DNA of 64,000 nucleotides from Vulcanimicrobiales bacterium (GCA_038231455.1 JBBRLI010000001.1:160001-224000), one strand, 5' to 3'. Shown: positions 47,461 to 58,152, counted from the first letter of the stretch. Numbers and translations: made by a program. Notes: generated from the letters alone by a model not told the origin.

Positions 47461-49160
47461 TAAAATGTCTTTCCTTGCAGCATCTGCAGATGTTCCACGA
47501 TTGGCCCGAGGGCATCCGCGGGGAAGAACGTGAGCGCTCCGACGATCACGATCACGCCGAGCAAGAGCCCAACGAAGACCGGCGATGTCGTCGTGAACGT
47601 GCCGCTCGTTTCGGAGACGGCACGCTTTCCGGCGAGTGCTCCCGCAAGTGCGAGCGTCGGAATGATGATTGCGAAACGTCCGAAAAGCATTGAGACGCCG
47701 GTCCAGACGTTGTAGAACGTGCTGCCGGCCAGTCCGCCAAAGGCCGACCCGTTGTTGCCGGTCGATGAGGTGAACGCATACAGAATCTCGGAGAATCCGT
47801 GCGCGCCGGAATTCCCAAGCGTCGCGAGGCCGTCTTTGGAGATCGCGGCAATCGCGGCGGGGACGAGCGTGAAGATCGGCACGACCAAGATGGCGAGAAT
47901 CGCCAGCTGCACCTCGCGCCGCTCGATTTTCTTCCCGAGGTATTCGGGCGTACGGCCAACCATGAGTCCGGCGATGAACACGGTTAGGATCACGAAGAGA
48001 ATCATGCCGTAAAAACCGGAACCGACGCCGCCGAAAATAATTTCGCCGAGCTGGATGTTGACCAGCGGAACGAGTCCGCCAAGCGGCATGAACGAATCAT
48101 GCTGCGCGTTGACCGCGCCGCACGACGTGTCGGTCGTGATGGTCGCGAACAGCGACGAAGCGCCGATGCCAAATCGGGTGTCTTTGCCTTCCATATTTCC
48201 GCCGGAAACGCCCATCGCGTGGACGAGCGGATTCCCCGAGGCTTCCGCGGTGTAGACAGAGGCGAATCCGACAATGAACACGATCGACATCGCGGCGAGA
48301 ATCGCCCAACCTTGGCGTTGGTTTTTCGCAAAACGTCCCAACGTGTACGTCAGGGCCGCCGGGATGAGAAAGATGACGAACATCTCGATGAAATTACTAA
48401 ACGGCGTCGGGTTCTCGTTCGGCGAGATCGAATTTGCGCTTACGAAGCCGCCGCCATTCGTGCCGAGTTCCTTGATGATCTCTTGCGAGGCCATCGGCCC
48501 GCCGGTCAACGTCTGAACGGCGCCGTCGATCGTCTTGACGTCAAAATACGCACTGAAATTCTGCGGAACGCCTTGCCAGAGCAACACGATCGCGCCGAGA
48601 AGCGAGAGCGGGAGAAAAACGTACAAAAGGCCGCGTGTGAGGTCGGCCCAGAAGTTCCCGAGCGTCTTTTTGTCGGTTCGTACGACGCCGCGAATGACGG
48701 CGACCGCAAGCGCCAGGCCGACCGCAGCGGACACGAAGTTGTGCCAAGCCAGGCCCGCCATCTGCGAGAGATAGCTCATCGTCGACTCGCCGCTGTAAAA
48801 CTGCCAATTGGTATTGGTCAGGAAGCTGATCGCCGTATTCCAGGCTGCATCCGGCGCGAAGTTGCCGAACTTCTGCGGATTGAGCGGCAGAAACGCCTGC
48901 GTCCGTAAAAGAACGTAGAGATAGATGAAGCCAACGAAACTGAAGCCGAGCATCGCAAAGACGTACGTCTTCCAACCCATCTCGAGGTCGGGTTTGATAC
49001 GACAAATGCGATAGAGCGCGCCCTCGATCGGCGCGATCGCGGGACTAAGGAAAACGCGCTCGCCGCTAAACACGCGCGCCATATACGTTCCGAGTGGACG
49101 CACGCAAAGGATGACGAGGGCAAAGAATGCCGCCGCCTGGAGCCAACCGGTGGGATTCAC
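47460..49160 (-). CDS. kdpA: K+-transporting ATPase subunit A
   Basis: [40 protein letters not shown] and NNGSAFGG motifs. Confidence 0.97.
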
Positions 49161-49161
49161 C

Positions 49162-49251
49162 TCAGAATTTCTCCGGTCGTAGCATCGCGTACGTCAGGTA
49201 GACGAGCGCAAGTAGCGAGAGAATCAAGCCAATGATAAGATCGAGCGTCAT
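49162..49251 (-). CDS. kdpF: K+-transporting ATPase subunit F (29 aa)
   Basis: MTLDLIIGLILSLLALVYLTYAMLRPEKF, immediately before kdpA. Confidence 0.92.
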   Translation of the reverse strand: MTLDLIIGLILSLLALVYLTYAMLRPEKF

Positions 49252-49331
49252 ATCTTCTCGCACCCCGCGGTATAGCGGTCGAGCACGACGAAGAACATGG
49301 CGATAAGCGCCACGAGTACAATTTCGATCAC
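49248..49331 (-). CDS. 27-aa single-TM peptide upstream of kdpF (KdpG/KdpZ-like accessory peptide)
   Basis: MIEIVLVALIAMFFVVLDRYTAGCEKI from GTG 49331; its stop overlaps the kdpF ATG (ATGA). Confidence 0.75.
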   Translation of the reverse strand: MIEIVLVALIAMFFVVLDRYTAGCEKI

Positions 49332-49431
49332 GGGCGGGTGCCATAGGTGTCCATGGCACGATCCTACTGCGAACGCTGCCCGCCCGCTATCCGCCGTTCG
49401 GATGATCCATTCGGATTAATCGACGAACGAA

Positions 49432-50646
49432 TTAGTGGGTGTGGGTGAAGTTGCCTAAAGCGATGCCGAGGGACTCGAGGCGCTGGAGAGCGACACGCAT
49501 GCCGATTGGATCGCGTGGGCGGCCGACGCGGGCGAAATAGACTTCCGGATCGATGTTGAGCGTCCGCGTTTGGATCATCGTTACGGGATGCTCGCGTAGG
49601 AATGCCTCCGCTGCTTCCACTTCTTCGCGTTCGTCAGTAACGCCGGGGTGTGTGAGGTAATTAAGTGAAACGCGAAGCCCGCCTTTCACGGCAAGCGCGA
49701 TCGATTCGAGGACGTTCTCGAGGGTGTAGCCGGTCGGACGATAGTACGCCGCGTACGTTTCGGGTCGGAAGGCGTTCAGACTAATGCGCGCGGTCTGGAG
49801 GCCGGCGTCGATGAGACGCTCGAGACTCTTCGTCATGCTGCCGTTGGTGTTGATGTTGATCGTGCCGTTCGTGCGGACACCGCGAATCTTTTCGATTGCA
49901 GCAGCGATCGTTGTTGAGCGCAGAAGTGGCTCGCCCTCGCAGCCTTGGCCGAACGAGATGATGCCGTCGTCGACGCGTTCGAGGTGGTGGATTGCGATGC
50001 GCGCCAAGGCGTCCGCATCGGGCTCGTAGGCGATGCGCGTTTGCGGCGACGGAATTCCAGCATCTTCGTCAAGTTCCGAGATACAGCCGACGCAGGCGGC
50101 ATTGCATTTCGGCGAGACCGGGATCGCGGCTTCGCCGCGTTCGAGGAACACGTTTTGTGCGGTAAAGCAGCCGTAGCTTTGCGCGCAGATACCGAGCTGG
50201 GGGATCGTCGGATTGCTTGGGTCGAGAGCCTGGCGTTTCGCGACGAGCCCGGCCATCTCGCCCTCTTCGAAGTAGCGCGGCTGCCAGTCGTCGCTCTCGT
50301 CGGTGCGCATGGCCGCGACGTACAGTTCGTCATCAATGACGCACGTATAACTGTAGCCGAAGAGCGGCAACGTCGGTGCATCGTCTCGATGTTTGTATGC
50401 CGGCAAAAGTAAGCGCGTGTAGCCGGCCGGAAGGAGCGCACCGAGCGTCACACGTTTGCCGAAGACTTTGCCACCGGCAAGCAGTGGCGTGCGGCCGGGG
50501 AGCATCGTCGTGACGGTTCCCGGCGGCGCGGGAATCAGTTCGTCGCGATGCGGTAAGCGCACGAACCCGCCGTCGGCGAGGGGCGCTTGATCCTCATCGA
50601 AAAAAATCCGACCATGCGCGTCGGTGTACGCGAGACCGACGTTCAT
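49432..50646 (-). CDS. Radical SAM protein of unknown function
   Basis: CNAACVGC (CxxxCxxC), SFGQGCEGEP and ININTNGS motifs; overlaps the dapF stop. Confidence 0.88.
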   Translation of the reverse strand: MNVGLAYTDAHGRIFFDEDQAPLADGGFVRLPHRDELIPAPPGTVTTMLPGRTPLLAGGKVFGKRVTLGALLPAGYTRLLLPAYKHRDDAPTLPLFGYSYTCVIDDELYVAAMRTDESDDWQPRYFEEGEMAGLVAKRQALDPSNPTIPQLGICAQSYGCFTAQNVFLERGEAAIPVSPKCNAACVGCISELDEDAGIPSPQTRIAYEPDADALARIAIHHLERVDDGIISFGQGCEGEPLLRSTTIAAAIEKIRGVRTNGTININTNGSMTKSLERLIDAGLQTARISLNAFRPETYAAYYRPTGYTLENVLESIALAVKGGLRVSLNYLTHPGVTDEREEVEAAEAFLREHPVTMIQTRTLNIDPEVYFARVGRPRDPIGMRVALQRLESLGIALGNFTHTH

Positions 50647-51437
50647 CCTTCGAGCGTGCGATCGGATTCGCGCACGACGTTGCCGGTGAGCAATGCCGCT
50701 TCGCCCGGCGTCCATTCGACACGCAAGCGACCGCCGGGAACGTCGACGGCGACCGGGCTTTGCAGGTTGTGAACGACGATCGCCGCGGCCGCCGATGCGA
50801 CCGCACCGGTACCGCAAGCTCGCGTAGCGCCAGAGCCGCGTTCCCAATGTCGCACCCGGAGCCACGACGGCCCCGCGATGGCGACGAAGTGGACGTTCGT
50901 GCCATTCGGAAAAACCGGATGCGTTTCGATCTCGCGACCGAGCACCGCGAGATCGACCTTCTGCGGATCGTCGACGAAGAAGACCGCGTGCGGATTGCCA
51001 ACATCGACAAAGACATAGGCGATGCGAGCGCCGTCGGCGAGGTCGAGCCAGCGAATCCCCGCGACCCGCGGTGTTCCCATTGCGACGCGCACCGTAAAAT
51101 CAGGCGACGTTCCGACAACGTCGGTTGCGATCGGTCCGGCGAGCGTTTCGATCGTCTTGCGCTCGCCGCCGTCGGTCTCGTACAGATAGCGCGCGACGCA
51201 GCGCACGCCATTGCCGCACATCTCCGCCTCGCTGCCATCCGCGTTGATCACGCGCATGCGCGCATCGCCGTGCGTGGACGGACCAACGAGGAGCACGCCG
51301 TCGGCACCGACGCCGCTCGTGCGCTCGCACCAACGGCGCGCAAAAGCGATTGGATCGGCAAGCGCGATCGTTCGCTCGTCGACCACGAGGAAGTCATTCT
51401 CGGTGCCGTTCATCTTGACGACCGGCACGGCCGCCAT
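50643..51437 (-). CDS. dapF: Diaminopimelate epimerase
   Basis: KMNGTENDF, GVGADG, NADGSEAEMCGNG, VGNPH and ERGSGATRACGTG motifs. Confidence 0.96.
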   Translation of the reverse strand: MAAVPVVKMNGTENDFLVVDERTIALADPIAFARRWCERTSGVGADGVLLVGPSTHGDARMRVINADGSEAEMCGNGVRCVARYLYETDGGERKTIETLAGPIATDVVGTSPDFTVRVAMGTPRVAGIRWLDLADGARIAYVFVDVGNPHAVFFVDDPQKVDLAVLGREIETHPVFPNGTNVHFVAIAGPSWLRVRHWERGSGATRACGTGAVASAAAAIVVHNLQSPVAVDVPGGRLRVEWTPGEAALLTGNVVRESDRTLEG

Positions 51438-51691
51438 CACGGCGCTTCCGGTGCCGTTTCGGGCAGCAGCGGCGCGACGAGCGGGCCTTGCGGCGAGATC
51501 GTGGAGACGGCATGTTTGTAGATCAAGTGCGCTTTGTGTTCGTACTCCAGGATGATCGTGAACGGATCGAATCCTTTGACGATTCCACGCAACTGAAAAC
51601 CGTTGACGAGATAGACCGTTACCGGAACGGCTTGACGTTTGACTTCCGCGAGATACGCATCTTGCAGCGGCTGCGGCCGAGCGATCGACAT
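51437..51691 (-). CDS. hfq: RNA chaperone Hfq
   Basis: LQDAYL..VTVYLVNGFQLRG..FD.F..LIYKHAVSTI; lies downstream of miaA. Confidence 0.95.
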   Translation of the reverse strand: MSIARPQPLQDAYLAEVKRQAVPVTVYLVNGFQLRGIVKGFDPFTIILEYEHKAHLIYKHAVSTISPQGPLVAPLLPETAPEAP

Positions 51692-51702
51692 TCGAACGCG
51701 CT

Positions 51703-52602
51703 TCACATCCATGCCGAGAATGTCCTGGCAAGCGCCAGTGCTTCGTCCGCATCGCGAACAACGTGAAGGTCGGGCTCGGTACGAAACCACGTTGCTTGAC
51801 GCTTTGCGTACCGGCGCGTCGCGCGCGCCAAGAGCAAGCGCAGTTCACGCTCGCTCGCCTCGCCGCGCTGGTATGCGAAGACGTCTCGATAGCCGACGGC
51901 GTCTGCTGCGAGTGCGTTTTCACCCACGTGCTCGGCCTCGGCGATGAGACCGGCAGAAAGCATCCGCTCGACGCGTGTTTCGATATTGGCTGCCAGTCGA
52001 TCGGGCTCGATCGCAAGTTGCAGCTTGCGATACGCGATACCGCGCGATGGCAATGTCGGTAGCGGCACGTTTGCGCGCGCCCCACCGCCGCTGCGCGCAA
52101 CAAGCGCGATTTCGAGCGCGCGCGTGAGTCGATACGGGTCCAGAGCCACATCCCTCCGATGCGGTTCGAGCGCGCGTAGCCAATCGGCAAGAACGTCGGT
52201 CGGATGCAAGCGCACCTCGCGCGAGAGACGCGTTCGTAAAGCATCGTCGCGGTCGGCGTTCAGGATCGTATCGCCGCAGAGCGCGCGTAAATAAAAACCC
52301 GTCCCGCCGACGATCAGCACGCGCTTGCCACGGGCACGAATTGCGTCGATGGCCGCCATCGCGTCGACCACGAATCGCGCCGCTGAATACGGTTCGCGTG
52401 GGTCGAGAAACCCGATGAGATGGTGTGGAATACCCGCGCGTTCCTCGAGCGTCGGTGCCGCCGTGCCGATTGACATACCGCGATAGATTTGGCGCGAGTC
52501 CATCCCGACGATTTCCGCATCGAAGGCACGCGCAAGGGATATCGCAAGCGCCGTCTTCCCGCTTGCGGTGGCGCCGGTGAGGAGAAGAACGCCGGCGTTC
52601 AC
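51703..52602 (-). CDS. miaA: tRNA dimethylallyltransferase
   Basis: GATASGKT, DSRQIY, IGTA, VGGTGFY and TRRYAKRQATWFR motifs; GTGA overlap with mutL. Confidence 0.95.
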   Translation of the reverse strand: MNAGVLLLTGATASGKTALAISLARAFDAEIVGMDSRQIYRGMSIGTAAPTLEERAGIPHHLIGFLDPREPYSAARFVVDAMAAIDAIRARGKRVLIVGGTGFYLRALCGDTILNADRDDALRTRLSREVRLHPTDVLADWLRALEPHRRDVALDPYRLTRALEIALVARSGGGARANVPLPTLPSRGIAYRKLQLAIEPDRLAANIETRVERMLSAGLIAEAEHVGENALAADAVGYRDVFAYQRGEASERELRLLLARATRRYAKRQATWFRTEPDLHVVRDADEALALARTFSAWM

Positions 52603-54260
52603 ATCCGTTTGAACAGGCGGGCGATTGCATCTGGTTCGAGTCGCACGATCGTCGGGCGGCCGTGCGGGCAATGCATCGGATTCACGCACCGCATCAGCCG
52701 TTCGAGGAGCGTCGTCATCTCGGTCATCTGCAGCGCTTCCCCCGCCCGCACGACGGAGTGGCACGCAAGCGATGCCCAAATGCGCTGACGGTCGTCGAGT
52801 CCGCGCACGTCATCGGAGAGACATTCGAGGAAATCGCCCACGTCGAAGGTACGAGTTTTTCCGGCGTGGACGTAGTTTGCCGGCGTTGCGACGATGCGAT
52901 ACGCCCGCTCGCCGAACGACTCGATCTCAAGACCGCTTGCCGCAAGCGCGTCGAGTGCGGGAACGAGTTTGTCACTTGCATCGGGTGCGAGTTCGAACGT
53001 ATGCGGGATCAGGAGCGGCTCCGCCGGCGCATGACCACCGGCATTTTCGGCGAGTGTCTCAAACACGATGCGCTCGTGTGCCGCGTGTTGATCGACGAGC
53101 ACGACGGCCGTTCCATCGGTCGCGAGGATGAACGTGCGGTCGACTTGCGCGAGCACGCGCAGGCCGCTTACCGCTTCCGGGTCGGGCTCGAAAAGCGTCC
53201 CCCATTCGACCGGCTGCGACGGCGCAGACGAACGCACCGGCGGCGAATACGAGATCGCACTATTGAGCCGCTCGACGGCTCCGGCGCGCAGTGCGGTCTG
53301 AATCGATTCCTTTACGACGGTCACGATCCGTTCGCCGTATCGGACACGCACGTCACTCTTGGTGGGATGAACGTTCGGGTCGACTTCGTGCGCCGGCACA
53401 TCGAGGAAGAGCACGCCGTACGGGTGGCGGCCGATCATCGCAAAGGTCCGGTACGCCGCACTCCACGCGCCCGAGACAAGCGTGCTGCGTAAAAGCCGCC
53501 CGTTGACGAAGAGAATTTGCGCGCGCCGGTCCGGCCGATCGTCGCCGGGCGAACTCACGAACCCATCCACGCGCACGCGTTCATCGCCGAGTCCTCTCAG
53601 GGCGACCATGCCCTCTGCGCCGCGGCCGAACACGTGCATGAGGCGCACCATCGGATCTTCGCCCGGTGCGAACGCGAACGTCTGACGACCGTCATGTTCG
53701 AGCGAGAAACCGACCTCGGGATACGCAAGCGCAAGCGTCGAGAGCCACGTTGCGATGCGCGAAAATTCGGCGCTGGGCGTGCGCAGATAGTCGCGCCGCA
53801 CCGGTACGTTTCCAAAGAGATCGCGCACGATCACGCGCGTCCCGGGCGGCGTTGCCATCGGACGCGGCTCTCCGATCGTCTCGCCGTGCGCGTCGATTGC
53901 CGTGCCGATTTCTGCAGCGCGCTCGCGCGAGACGATCGTCACCGAGGACACCGCTGCGATCGCGGCGAGGCCTTCGCCCCGAAAGCCGAGCGTACCGATA
54001 TCCGTGAGTCCAGCGGCGCTGATGAGTTTACTCGTCGCATGGCGCACGAGCGCGAGCGGAAGCTCGTCTGCGGCGATGCCGACGCCGTCATCGGCGACCT
54101 CGATCTCCGCGATGCCGCCCACACGAACGCGCACGACGATCCGGGTCGCTCGTGCATCGAGCGCGTTTTCGACGAGTTCTTTCACAACCGAGAGCGGCCG
54201 CTCGACCACTTCTCCCGCCGCGATTTGCCCGACGGTTTGGGGATCGAGCACGCGAATCAT
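52599..54260 (-). CDS. mutL: DNA mismatch repair protein MutL
   Basis: IAAGEVVERP, ENALDA, GFRGEGL, DPNVHPTK, DQHAAHER and CPHGRP motifs. Confidence 0.96.
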   Translation of the reverse strand: MIRVLDPQTVGQIAAGEVVERPLSVVKELVENALDARATRIVVRVRVGGIAEIEVADDGVGIAADELPLALVRHATSKLISAAGLTDIGTLGFRGEGLAAIAAVSSVTIVSRERAAEIGTAIDAHGETIGEPRPMATPPGTRVIVRDLFGNVPVRRDYLRTPSAEFSRIATWLSTLALAYPEVGFSLEHDGRQTFAFAPGEDPMVRLMHVFGRGAEGMVALRGLGDERVRVDGFVSSPGDDRPDRRAQILFVNGRLLRSTLVSGAWSAAYRTFAMIGRHPYGVLFLDVPAHEVDPNVHPTKSDVRVRYGERIVTVVKESIQTALRAGAVERLNSAISYSPPVRSSAPSQPVEWGTLFEPDPEAVSGLRVLAQVDRTFILATDGTAVVLVDQHAAHERIVFETLAENAGGHAPAEPLLIPHTFELAPDASDKLVPALDALAASGLEIESFGERAYRIVATPANYVHAGKTRTFDVGDFLECLSDDVRGLDDRQRIWASLACHSVVRAGEALQMTEMTTLLERLMRCVNPMHCPHGRPTIVRLEPDAIARLFKRM

Positions 54261-56743
54261 ATGACGTCGAAGAGCAGCGGCTGTTCGATGATCGGCACTT
54301 TGGCGAGTCGTCCGCGTAGCGGCGCCTGCGTCTCGAGCGACGGCCGACCTTCGAGCGCGTCGGCGATCTCTTTTGCGCGCGCGACGACGGCCGGCGGCAG
54401 GCCCGCCATCCGCGCAACTTCGATCCCAAAGGAACGTGAGCTCGAACCCGGCAGCACGCGATGGGAAAAGACGGGCGCCCCGCCGCGCGACATATTCTCG
54501 ACCGCCGTGATGTGATAGTTCGCAACAAGCGGCCAGCGTTCGGCAAGCGCGACGAGTTCGTGAAAGTGCGTTGCAAAGAGGACAGCCGGGCCGCGCGACT
54601 CGCGCTCGAGCAGATATTCACAAATCGCTTGTGCGATCGCAAGGCCGTCGACGGTCCCCGTGCCGCGACCGATCTCATCGATCAGCAGAAGACTGCGCCC
54701 GGTCGCGCGCCGCAAGATATTCGCGGCCTCCGCCATCTCGATATAAAACGTCGATTGACCGGAAGCAAGATCGTCACCCGCGCCAACGCGCGTGAAGATG
54801 CGATCCACAATTCCTACGATAGCCGATCGCGCGGGGACGAACGAGCCGACCTGCGCGAGAATCGTCAGCAGCGCCGCCTGACGAAGATAGGTCGACTTGC
54901 CGCCCATATTCGGACCGGTCAGCAAGATAAAACGCGGACCGCTAGGCTCGATACGCAAATCGTTCGGGACGAAGGCCGTGCCGAGCAGCGCTTCAACGAC
55001 CGGGTGGCGGCCGTCCTCGATCGCAATGCGGCTCTCTTCGACGAATGTCGGACGAACGTACCCGCGTTCGGCTGCAACTTGCGCGAGCGACGCGAACGCG
55101 TCGAGTTCCGCTAGCGCTTCCGCCGTCGCGAGAATCTCTTCCACACGAAGCGCCACCCGTTCGACGCACGCTTCGAACAGCGTCGTCTCCAACCGCAGCT
55201 GACGCGCCTGGGCGGAGGCGATCGCCGCATCAAGTTCGCGCAGCTCGGGTGTTAGGTAGCGCTCGCCATTCGCCAGCGTTTGGCGGCGCGTGTAGTCCGC
55301 CGGGACTTGGCCGAGCTGCGATTTTGAAATCTCGATCGCATAGCCGAAGGCGCTTGCGTATTTGACTTTAAGATTTTTGATTCCGGTGCGTTCGCGTTCG
55401 CGATCTTCCAGCGCCGCAATGCGGGAACGCGCGTCGGTCCGCAGACTCACACATTCGGCGAGCTCCGAGGAGTGCTCGGGACGCACCACGCCGCCGTCCG
55501 CAAGCGTCGCCGGCGGTTCGTCGACGATCGTCGATTCCAAATCCGCACGCAAGTCGCCGAAATCGCCAAAGCGTGCGGCAATCGCAGCCAGTCCCGCGGG
55601 CAGCGTCCCGGCGGCAAGCGCATCGGATATGGGGTCAAGCAAAGCAATCGTGCGCCGCAGCGAGGAGAGATCGCGCGGTACGGCGCGGCGAAAACGGACT
55701 TTCTGCGCGATCCGCTCCAAGTCAAAACACTTGTAGAGTACGTCTTGCATCGCAATGCGGCGCGGGCCATCACCGACGAGCGCCTCGATACAGTCGCCGC
55801 GGGCTTCGATCCGCGCGCGATCGACGAGCGGTGCGAGCAGCCAGCGGCCGAGCATGCGCGAGCCCATCGCCGTACGCGTGCGATCGACCGTCGCAAGCAA
55901 GGTCGCTTTCGGATTGGCGCCGAGGGCCTTGGTCAATTCGAGATGTTTGCGCGTATTGGGATCGAGCGCGAGAAACGTTGCCTGCGTGTAATAGATCGGC
56001 GCGCGAAGTGATTCGGCTTGCACGATCCCGACGCGGCGCACGAACGCCGCGAGCGCATCGAGCGCGCGGTGCATCGCGAGCGACTCATCCATCGAGAAGC
56101 CCTCGAGCGGATCGCGCGAGCGCACGTCGACCGCCGAGAGCGTCGGCATCGTGATGCGCACGCCCGCGTGTTCGAGCGCGCGATCGAGTGCCGCACGCAT
56201 CTCGGGCGTCACGTCGGCGACGATTTCGGCCGGATCGAGACGCGCGATCTCGGCGAGTGCATCTTCGAATGCGCTCTCGCCGGTGAAGGCGGTCGCGGCG
56301 GCATAACCGGTCGAGATATCCGCGTGCGCTAGCGAAACGACGTCTTCCACGACGGTCAGCGCGGCAAGATAGTTGTGCGCGCTGCGATCGAGCAGTTGCT
56401 CCTCGACGATCGTCCCCGGCGTAACGACCCGCACGACGTCGCGGCGCACGAGTTTGTTTGGAATCGGCGCTTCGAGTTGTTCTGCGAGCGCAACGACGCG
56501 CCGCTGTGCGACGAGTTTTGCGAGGTACGTATCGAGCGCGTGATACGGCACGCCCGCCATTGCGACGCGCTGACCGCTGCCGGCTTCTTTCGAGGTCAGC
56601 GTGATCGAGAGGGCCCTCGCGATCGTCTCGGCGTCTTCACCGTACGCTTCGTAGAAATCACCGACTCGCGAGAGCAGGATGGCTTCTGGATGTTTTGCTT
56701 TCATCCCAAAATACTGCTCGAGCATCGGAGAGTATTTCGTCAA
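54257..56743 (-). CDS. mutS: DNA mismatch repair protein MutS
   Basis: SPMLEQY, GDFYE, TGPNMGGKST, GQSTF..EM, DEIGRGT and THFHEL motifs; TTG start overlaps the miaB stop. Confidence 0.96.
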   Translation of the reverse strand: MTKYSPMLEQYFGMKAKHPEAILLSRVGDFYEAYGEDAETIARALSITLTSKEAGSGQRVAMAGVPYHALDTYLAKLVAQRRVVALAEQLEAPIPNKLVRRDVVRVVTPGTIVEEQLLDRSAHNYLAALTVVEDVVSLAHADISTGYAAATAFTGESAFEDALAEIARLDPAEIVADVTPEMRAALDRALEHAGVRITMPTLSAVDVRSRDPLEGFSMDESLAMHRALDALAAFVRRVGIVQAESLRAPIYYTQATFLALDPNTRKHLELTKALGANPKATLLATVDRTRTAMGSRMLGRWLLAPLVDRARIEARGDCIEALVGDGPRRIAMQDVLYKCFDLERIAQKVRFRRAVPRDLSSLRRTIALLDPISDALAAGTLPAGLAAIAARFGDFGDLRADLESTIVDEPPATLADGGVVRPEHSSELAECVSLRTDARSRIAALEDRERERTGIKNLKVKYASAFGYAIEISKSQLGQVPADYTRRQTLANGERYLTPELRELDAAIASAQARQLRLETTLFEACVERVALRVEEILATAEALAELDAFASLAQVAAERGYVRPTFVEESRIAIEDGRHPVVEALLGTAFVPNDLRIEPSGPRFILLTGPNMGGKSTYLRQAALLTILAQVGSFVPARSAIVGIVDRIFTRVGAGDDLASGQSTFYIEMAEAANILRRATGRSLLLIDEIGRGTGTVDGLAIAQAICEYLLERESRGPAVLFATHFHELVALAERWPLVANYHITAVENMSRGGAPVFSHRVLPGSSSRSFGIEVARMAGLPPAVVARAKEIADALEGRPSLETQAPLRGRLAKVPIIEQPLLFDVI

Positions 56744-58152
56744 CGTGCGAGCGATACCAGATCGAGCGTTTGCGGAATTGCCTTCACCGCATGGCCCGCA
56801 TCGACGAAGCGTGCAGCGCGGCGCATTGCCGTGCCGCGTACTCCCCACACGGCGGCGGAGTCGATGCGCACATCAACCCATGGCTCAGCAGTGAGCGGGT
56901 TATCGGGATCTTCGATTGTGGGAAAGACGACCGTCACGTTGTCGAGTGTCTTAGCCGAGAGCATCGTGCGATCTTTGCGCGAGGGTCCGTGAATGAGCGC
57001 GCGGACGGTCGTGCCGATTTTGTTATCGTGAAAGGATCGGACGCCGCGATCGATGACGGCCATCAAGCGCGTCAGACGATCTTGCCCGACATCCACGGGG
57101 ATCGGCTCCCAGTGCGCCGCGGGCGTTCCGCGCCGTTGCGAGTAGACGAACATGTAGGCTTGCGCGAACCGGCCATCCTCACACATTGCGAGCGTCTTCT
57201 GAAAGTCGTCTTCCGTTTCGCTCGGAAATGCGACGATGATGTCCGTCGTGAGCGCCCAATCCGGGGCGTATTGCCGGAACATCGCGATCTTCTCGTCGTA
57301 CTGCTCGATCGTGTACTTGCGGTTCATCTTGCGCAAGACCGGGTTCGACGCAGACTGTACCGGCAGATGAAAACGCGGATTGAGCTTGGGGATGGAGCCG
57401 AACGCGCGCGCGAGCTTTTCGTTGAAGTCGTTGGGATGCGAGGTGACAAAAGCGAGCCGCTCGACACCGGGAATTGCGGCGATCGTTTCGAGCAGATCGG
57501 CGAAGTCGGCTCCGCTTGCGGGCTCCTTATACGCGTTGACGGTTTGCCCGACGAGCGTGACTTCGCGCGCACCCGCGGCAATTTTTCGTTCGACCTCGGC
57601 GATGATCTCGCCAATCGCCCGGTGATCGAACCGGCCGCGCACGTGCGGCACGATGCAGTACGTGCAGTAGTACGAACAGCCACGCTGCACGTTGACGAAC
57701 GCGCGTAAGAGGTCGTACGGTCCGGAAACACCCGAGCCGGCATTGTCCATCGCAACGAGGAGCGAGCGATCTTCGGTGAGATCGTCATCCGCGAAACCCG
57801 GCCGCCAAGCGACGAGCGCATCGCCGAGTTTTGCCAAGTCCTTCGGGCCGAAGATGCCATCGACGTGCGGCACAAGATCGCCCATGCGGTCTTTATCTTG
57901 TTCGGCAAGGCATCCGGCGACGATGACTTTGACCGCCGGATCGGCGGCCTTGAGTTTTTTCCACGATCCGATGCGGCCGTATGCCCGACGTTCGGCATTG
58001 TCGCGCACCGTACACGTATTGAGCACCAGCACCGATGCGTCTTCGGCTTTATCGCACAGCGCATAACCCGCGCTCTGCGCACGGCGCGCGATGTACTGGG
58101 AGTCGGCTTCGTTCATCTGGCAGCCGTGGGTTTCGATGTAGATCGTAGCCAT
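56740..58152 (-). CDS. miaB: tRNA-2-methylthio-N6-dimethylallyladenosine synthase MiaB
   Basis: GCQMNEADS, NTCTVR, GCSYYCTYCIVP, LVGQTVNAY and HLPVQS motifs; TRAM-like C-terminus. Confidence 0.92.
   Translation of the reverse strand: MATIYIETHGCQMNEADSQYIARRAQSAGYALCDKAEDASVLVLNTCTVRDNAERRAYGRIGSWKKLKAADPAVKVIVAGCLAEQDKDRMGDLVPHVDGIFGPKDLAKLGDALVAWRPGFADDDLTEDRSLLVAMDNAGSGVSGPYDLLRAFVNVQRGCSYYCTYCIVPHVRGRFDHRAIGEIIAEVERKIAAGAREVTLVGQTVNAYKEPASGADFADLLETIAAIPGVERLAFVTSHPNDFNEKLARAFGSIPKLNPRFHLPVQSASNPVLRKMNRKYTIEQYDEKIAMFRQYAPDWALTTDIIVAFPSETEDDFQKTLAMCEDGRFAQAYMFVYSQRRGTPAAHWEPIPVDVGQDRLTRLMAVIDRGVRSFHDNKIGTTVRALIHGPSRKDRTMLSAKTLDNVTVVFPTIEDPDNPLTAEPWVDVRIDSAAVWGVRGTAMRRAARFVDAGHAVKAIPQTLDLVSLAR

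Noticed and set aside
49332-49431. c-di-AMP (ydaO) riboswitch ahead of kdp
   Set aside because: The spacer is only about 100 nt and I could not find the conserved riboswitch sequence elements.
50643-52244. 533-aa extended dapF ORF
   Set aside because: The upstream part overlaps hfq and miaA in another frame; DapF begins at 51437.
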